Source of the DNA: an uncultured Polyangiaceae bacterium
Lineage (GTDB): Bacteria; Myxococcota_A; Polyangia; Polyangiales; Polyangiaceae
Assembly: GCA_964652985.1 (NCBI GenBank)
Contig: CAZZDE010000006.1
Span: 42,892 to 69,777, forward strand
Length of the DNA: 26,886 nucleotides
Reading direction: 5' to 3'
Part shown: one piece after another, positions 23,806 to 26,886 of the stretch
How positions within the stretch are numbered: the stretch's first letter is position 1
Layout: each line of letters opens with the position of its first letter
Made by a program: the position numbers and the translations under genes
The notes under the pieces: model-generated
Told to the model about the DNA's origin: nothing
Database searches by the model: none
The model's input: only the letters and a program-made list of their open reading frames with translations

Positions 23806-25554
23806 ATGACCCGCCTGCTCTTCGAAGCCGCCGAGGACGCCGGAATTCCCCGCGCGTCGGTGATCGGTCCGCTGGGGCTCGACGAGCACTCGCTGGTCGA
23901 TCCCAAAGCGCGCGTCGAGTGGTCCACGCTGGTCGCGTGCTGCAATCAACTGTCGCGCCTCGTGAACGACGACCCCGAGCGCCTTCGCTACATCGGCACG
24001 CGCATGTCGCGCGCTCCGGCGTACGAGCCGCTCCGCCGTCTCGCTCGCGGGGTCGTCTCGGTCGAGCGCTTGCACGATCTCGCCGCGCGGTGGGTCGCAC
24101 CGATCAACTTCCCGCACTGCGTGATCCACCTCGAGCATCAGCCGGGACGCTTGATGACCATCCGCGGGTCGATCCCCGACGCGTACGTCGCGTGCAAGCC
24201 GTTCATGCACCTCTTCGAGGGTTCCATCACTCACCTCTCGACCTTGCTGGGGCTTCCGCCCGCCGTCATTCGGCGGAGCGTCGCCACGGATCGCACCCTC
24301 GACCTCGTCGTCGAGCTTCCGCCCTCCCGCACATGGCCCGGCCGGATCAAGGACAACCTCCGCGTGATCGTCTCCGCGCCAGCAGCGCTTCGGGTGCTCG
24401 AAGAGCAACGGGCCGAGCTCCTCGCCAGCGTGGAGGCGCTTCGAGCGCAGCGCGAGGACCTTCGCGTGCTGCTCGATCGGCTGCCCAACCTCGTCCTCGT
24501 CCACTTCGGCGGAAAAGTCGTCTGGGCGAACCGGCGCTTCGTCCACGCGCTCGGCTACGAGCGCCTTGCCGACATCGTCGGCACGCCGTTGCTCGATCAC
24601 GTCGCGCCGCGATCGCGCGATGCCGTGCGCGGTCGGATGGAAAGTCCGGTGGACGCCGAAGGCTCCCTCGACCTGCGCGAGTTCGTCCTCCTCTCCCGGA
24701 GCGGCGCCGAGATCGTGGTCGAGGTCGCGCCGACCCAGGGCGTCGTCTTCGAGGGCGTGCCGTCACGGCTCGTCGTCGGTCGCGACGTGAGTGACCGCGT
24801 GCAGATGGAGCAGAAGCTCATCGCCGCCGACCGGCTTGCCGCGGTCGGTCTCCTCGCAGCCGGCGTCGCCCACGAGGTGAACAACCCTCTGGCCTACATC
24901 CTCAACAACATCGAGATTGCCCGAAAGGAGCTCTCGCACCTCGGGCCAGAGGCCGAGGTCAGTCGCAACGTCCTCGGCGTCGCGCTCGAAGGGGTCGACC
25001 GCATCCGCGCGATCGTGCGCGATCTCTTGCTGCTCTCGCGCGGCGATGGCGAGCGCCAGACCGGCTCGGTCGACGTGAGGGCGGTCACCGAGTCGACGCT
25101 CTCGCTCGCCGCCGGCGAGATAGGCGGGACCGCGGAGCTCGTTCGCGAAATCGAGCCGGTGCCGATGGTGCGGGGGAGCGATTCACGGGTCGCCCAAGTG
25201 CTGCTCAACCTGATCGGCAACGCGCTCGAAGCGATGCGTGGTCGGCCGCGGTCCGGGAACGTCCTCCGCGTGTCCGTGGGAGTCGACACCGACGGACGAG
25301 TGCTCCTCGAGGTCTCGGACACGGGGCGCGGCATTGGCCCGAACGATCTGGGCCGCGTCTTCGAGCCGTTCTTCACGACGAAGGCGGCCGGACAAGGCAC
25401 CGGGCTCGGACTCGCGATCGCGCAGCAGCTCGTCGTCGAGATGGGCGGCGAGATCGAGGTCGTCTCCGAGCTCGGCCGCGGAACGACCTTTCGCGTGCAT
25501 CTACCGCCTATCGCTGCGCAGCGCGCAGCCAATCCAGAGCTTCTTCGCGGGTAG
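23806..25554 (+). CDS. soluble sensor histidine kinase (N-terminal Arabinose_bd-like domain, then PAS, HisKA, HATPase_c)
   Basis: H-box AAGVAHEVNNPLAYI. N-box LLNLIGNALEAM. G1 DTGRGI and G2 GTGLGLAIA. A PAS-like middle region (VLVHFGGKVVWANRRFVHALGYE). There is no TM segment. The N-terminal ~200 aa resemble the ligand domain of the AraC regulator at 4542. Confidence 0.85.
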   Translation: MTRLLFEAAEDAGIPRASVIGPLGLDEHSLVDPKARVEWSTLVACCNQLSRLVNDDPERLRYIGTRMSRAPAYEPLRRLARGVVSVERLHDLAARWVAPINFPHCVIHLEHQPGRLMTIRGSIPDAYVACKPFMHLFEGSITHLSTLLGLPPAVIRRSVATDRTLDLVVELPPSRTWPGRIKDNLRVIVSAPAALRVLEEQRAELLASVEALRAQREDLRVLLDRLPNLVLVHFGGKVVWANRRFVHALGYERLADIVGTPLLDHVAPRSRDAVRGRMESPVDAEGSLDLREFVLLSRSGAEIVVEVAPTQGVVFEGVPSRLVVGRDVSDRVQMEQKLIAADRLAAVGLLAAGVAHEVNNPLAYILNNIEIARKELSHLGPEAEVSRNVLGVALEGVDRIRAIVRDLLLLSRGDGERQTGSVDVRAVTESTLSLAAGEIGGTAELVREIEPVPMVRGSDSRVAQVLLNLIGNALEAMRGRPRSGNVLRVSVGVDTDGRVLLEVSDTGRGIGPNDLGRVFEPFFTTKAAGQGTGLGLAIAQQLVVEMGGEIEVVSELGRGTTFRVHLPPIAAQRAANPELLRG

Positions 25555-25875
25555 CGAACGTCTCGAGCGCGAGCACTGCGGCCTTCGCGATGCGCCGCGC
25601 CTGCACTTCGGACACGGAGCCGGAGACGACGCGCGCCGTGCGCATCATGCCCTTCTTCCGCGCGTACGCGTTCAGGTCGGCGAGCGACACGAGCAGCGAC
25701 GGCGCGAGCACCGTCATCTTCCGTTGGTCGACGAGGCACGACCACGGGCCGTCGATCGCGTCGATCATCGCGCGCGTCTTCTCGATGTACTGCGCCACGT
25801 CCTCGGCGGAGGGGCGGGGCGGGTAGACGACCTCGAGGATGCGCGCGTCCTCGTGGAATGCGATCTCGAAAGGCA
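25508..25875 (-). CDS. small SpoIIAA-like/STAS-fold protein, hypothetical
   Basis: GTG start inferred at VPFEIAFHED. The C-terminal pattern ...MTVLAPSLLVSLADLNAYARKKGMMRTARVV.....EEALDWL is like the DUF3478/SpoIIAA-like family. It sits 5 nt downstream of the ATP-grasp gene. Its 3' end overlaps the HK 3' end by ~46 nt, so one of the two stops or starts may be mis-set. Confidence 0.4.
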
Positions 25876-25880
25876 CGCGG

Positions 25881-26882
25881 TCATCCTCGCATGGATCGGC
25901 GGCCCGTGCGGCGCCTGTGTCGGGCCAGCGCGGCGCGGACGAGCTGGCGGGTGAAGCCCACGTGACCCGCAGGATCGTTCGCGAGGCACAGGTCCGCGCT
26001 CCCGTAGTCCTTGGGGAGGTAGTACACGCCGCAGTTGGGGTTGATCTCCAGCATGTACGGAACGCCGTCGCGATCGACCCGAAGATCGCACCGCCCGAAG
26101 CTCGCGCCGTGGAGCGCGACGAAGAACCTCGCAGCAGCGTCGCGCAGGCGCGCGTCGAGGGCGGGATCGGCGACCGGCGCACCCATCATCTTCCCGTAGT
26201 CCACCCACTTCATCTTGGCGTGCTTGAACGTCTCGCCTTCGGGGAAGACGTATTGGATGGGCGTGTAGGTCGTCGGGTGCGCCGGGTCGTCGGGGTTCTC
26301 GGCCACGAGGACGGTGCACTCCGTCCCTTCGATGAACTCCTCGATCAGCGCGGCGCCGTGCTTGCCGATGATCTTCTTCGCCTGAGCGCGAAGACCGGCG
26401 GCGGTCGTCACGCGCGATCGCTTCGTGAGGTCGACGCTGGAGTAGCTCGAGTAGTGCTTCACGAAGAGCGGAAAGCGCAACGTCGCCGCGGCCCGCTCGA
26501 CGTCCTTGGCGTTGCGCGCGAGCACGAACGCCGGAGTGGCGATGCCCTGTGACTTGCACGCGCGCTTCATCGTCTTGCGCGAAGGCTCGTAGAAGATCGA
26601 CGTCGCGCCGGTGAACGGGACGCCGGCGCGCTCGAGCGTCTTCACGACCTCGATGCCGGGGACGGTCTTCTGGTCGGCCGCTCCGTCGCACAGGTTGAAG
26701 TAGAGGTCGAAGCCTTCGGCGATTCGCCTCTTCACCTGCTTCACCGACGTCGGTCGCTTCAGGTACTCGACCTCCCACGTGGCCTCTGGGTAGAAGGGCC
26801 TCGGGTCACAGGGCCAGTCGTCCTTGGGGAACGGGTCGGCGAGGAGATCCTGATTCGTCAGGAGACAGATGCGCATGGGCAC
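25881..26882 (-). CDS. ATP-grasp domain enzyme (D-Ala-D-Ala ligase-like fold)
   Basis: FPLFVKHYSSYSSVDLTK, LIEEFIEGTECTV and GRCDLRVDRDGVPYMLEINPNCGV match ATP-grasp B/C subdomain motifs. The start is at MPMRICLL (26882) or MRICLL (26876), near the window edge. Confidence 0.75.
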   Translation of the reverse strand: MPMRICLLTNQDLLADPFPKDDWPCDPRPFYPEATWEVEYLKRPTSVKQVKRRIAEGFDLYFNLCDGAADQKTVPGIEVVKTLERAGVPFTGATSIFYEPSRKTMKRACKSQGIATPAFVLARNAKDVERAAATLRFPLFVKHYSSYSSVDLTKRSRVTTAAGLRAQAKKIIGKHGAALIEEFIEGTECTVLVAENPDDPAHPTTYTPIQYVFPEGETFKHAKMKWVDYGKMMGAPVADPALDARLRDAAARFFVALHGASFGRCDLRVDRDGVPYMLEINPNCGVYYLPKDYGSADLCLANDPAGHVGFTRQLVRAALARHRRRTGRRSMRG

Positions 26883-26886
26883 GCGG

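Noticed and set aside
23263-24600. 445-aa minus ORF antisense to the histidine kinase N-terminus
   Set aside because: Arg/Asp/Gly-rich, no family features. The HK frame carries H, N, G1 and G2 boxes.
1-26886. Looked for transposase/integrase genes, tRNA, rRNA and CRISPR repeats
   Set aside because: No IS-like inverted repeats, recombinase motifs, cloverleaf-sized conserved RNA segments or regularly spaced direct repeats were seen. The window reads as core-like myxobacterial chromosome enriched in exported proteins.

Overview
This is a very GC-rich window; by eye well over two-thirds G+C, with strong G/C preference at third codon positions. It has the hallmarks of a Myxococcota chromosome: one MYXO-CTERM sorting tail, about ten lipoproteins with lipobox signal peptides, Pro/Thr-rich linkers and Cys-rich repeat proteins. 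Because of the GC content every region carries long shadow ORFs in several frames. I kept the frame with protein-like composition and recognisable family motifs and rejected the antisense or out-of-frame partners. I call about 27 CDSs. At the 5' end there is a run of secreted proteins on the minus strand (a CAP/SCP lipoprotein, a beta-helix enzyme with a CBM5/12 tail and a small secreted protein), then a divergent AraC/PF10118 hydrolase pair. Next comes a minus-strand operon of FG-GAP-like lipoprotein, SAM methyltransferase and Cys-motif lipoprotein, followed by a Rieske-FAD reductase fusion and a plus-strand run of lipoproteins. The standout gene is a full-length bacterial homolog of the eukaryotic major vault protein (11493..13487). 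It is followed by a translationally coupled class-III aminotransferase and kinase-fold protein pair and a LuxR regulator. Further along are an MDR oxidoreductase, a VOC enzyme, a large FGE-domain/HEAT-repeat protein with a histone-H1-like tail, a Cys-rich repeat lipoprotein, a MYXO-CTERM protein, a soluble PAS histidine kinase and an ATP-grasp enzyme. There are no rRNA, tRNA, CRISPR or obvious transposase signals. Coordinates are from the supplied ORF track with starts re-chosen by eye. Several starts (especially GTG starts) are uncertain by tens of codons.
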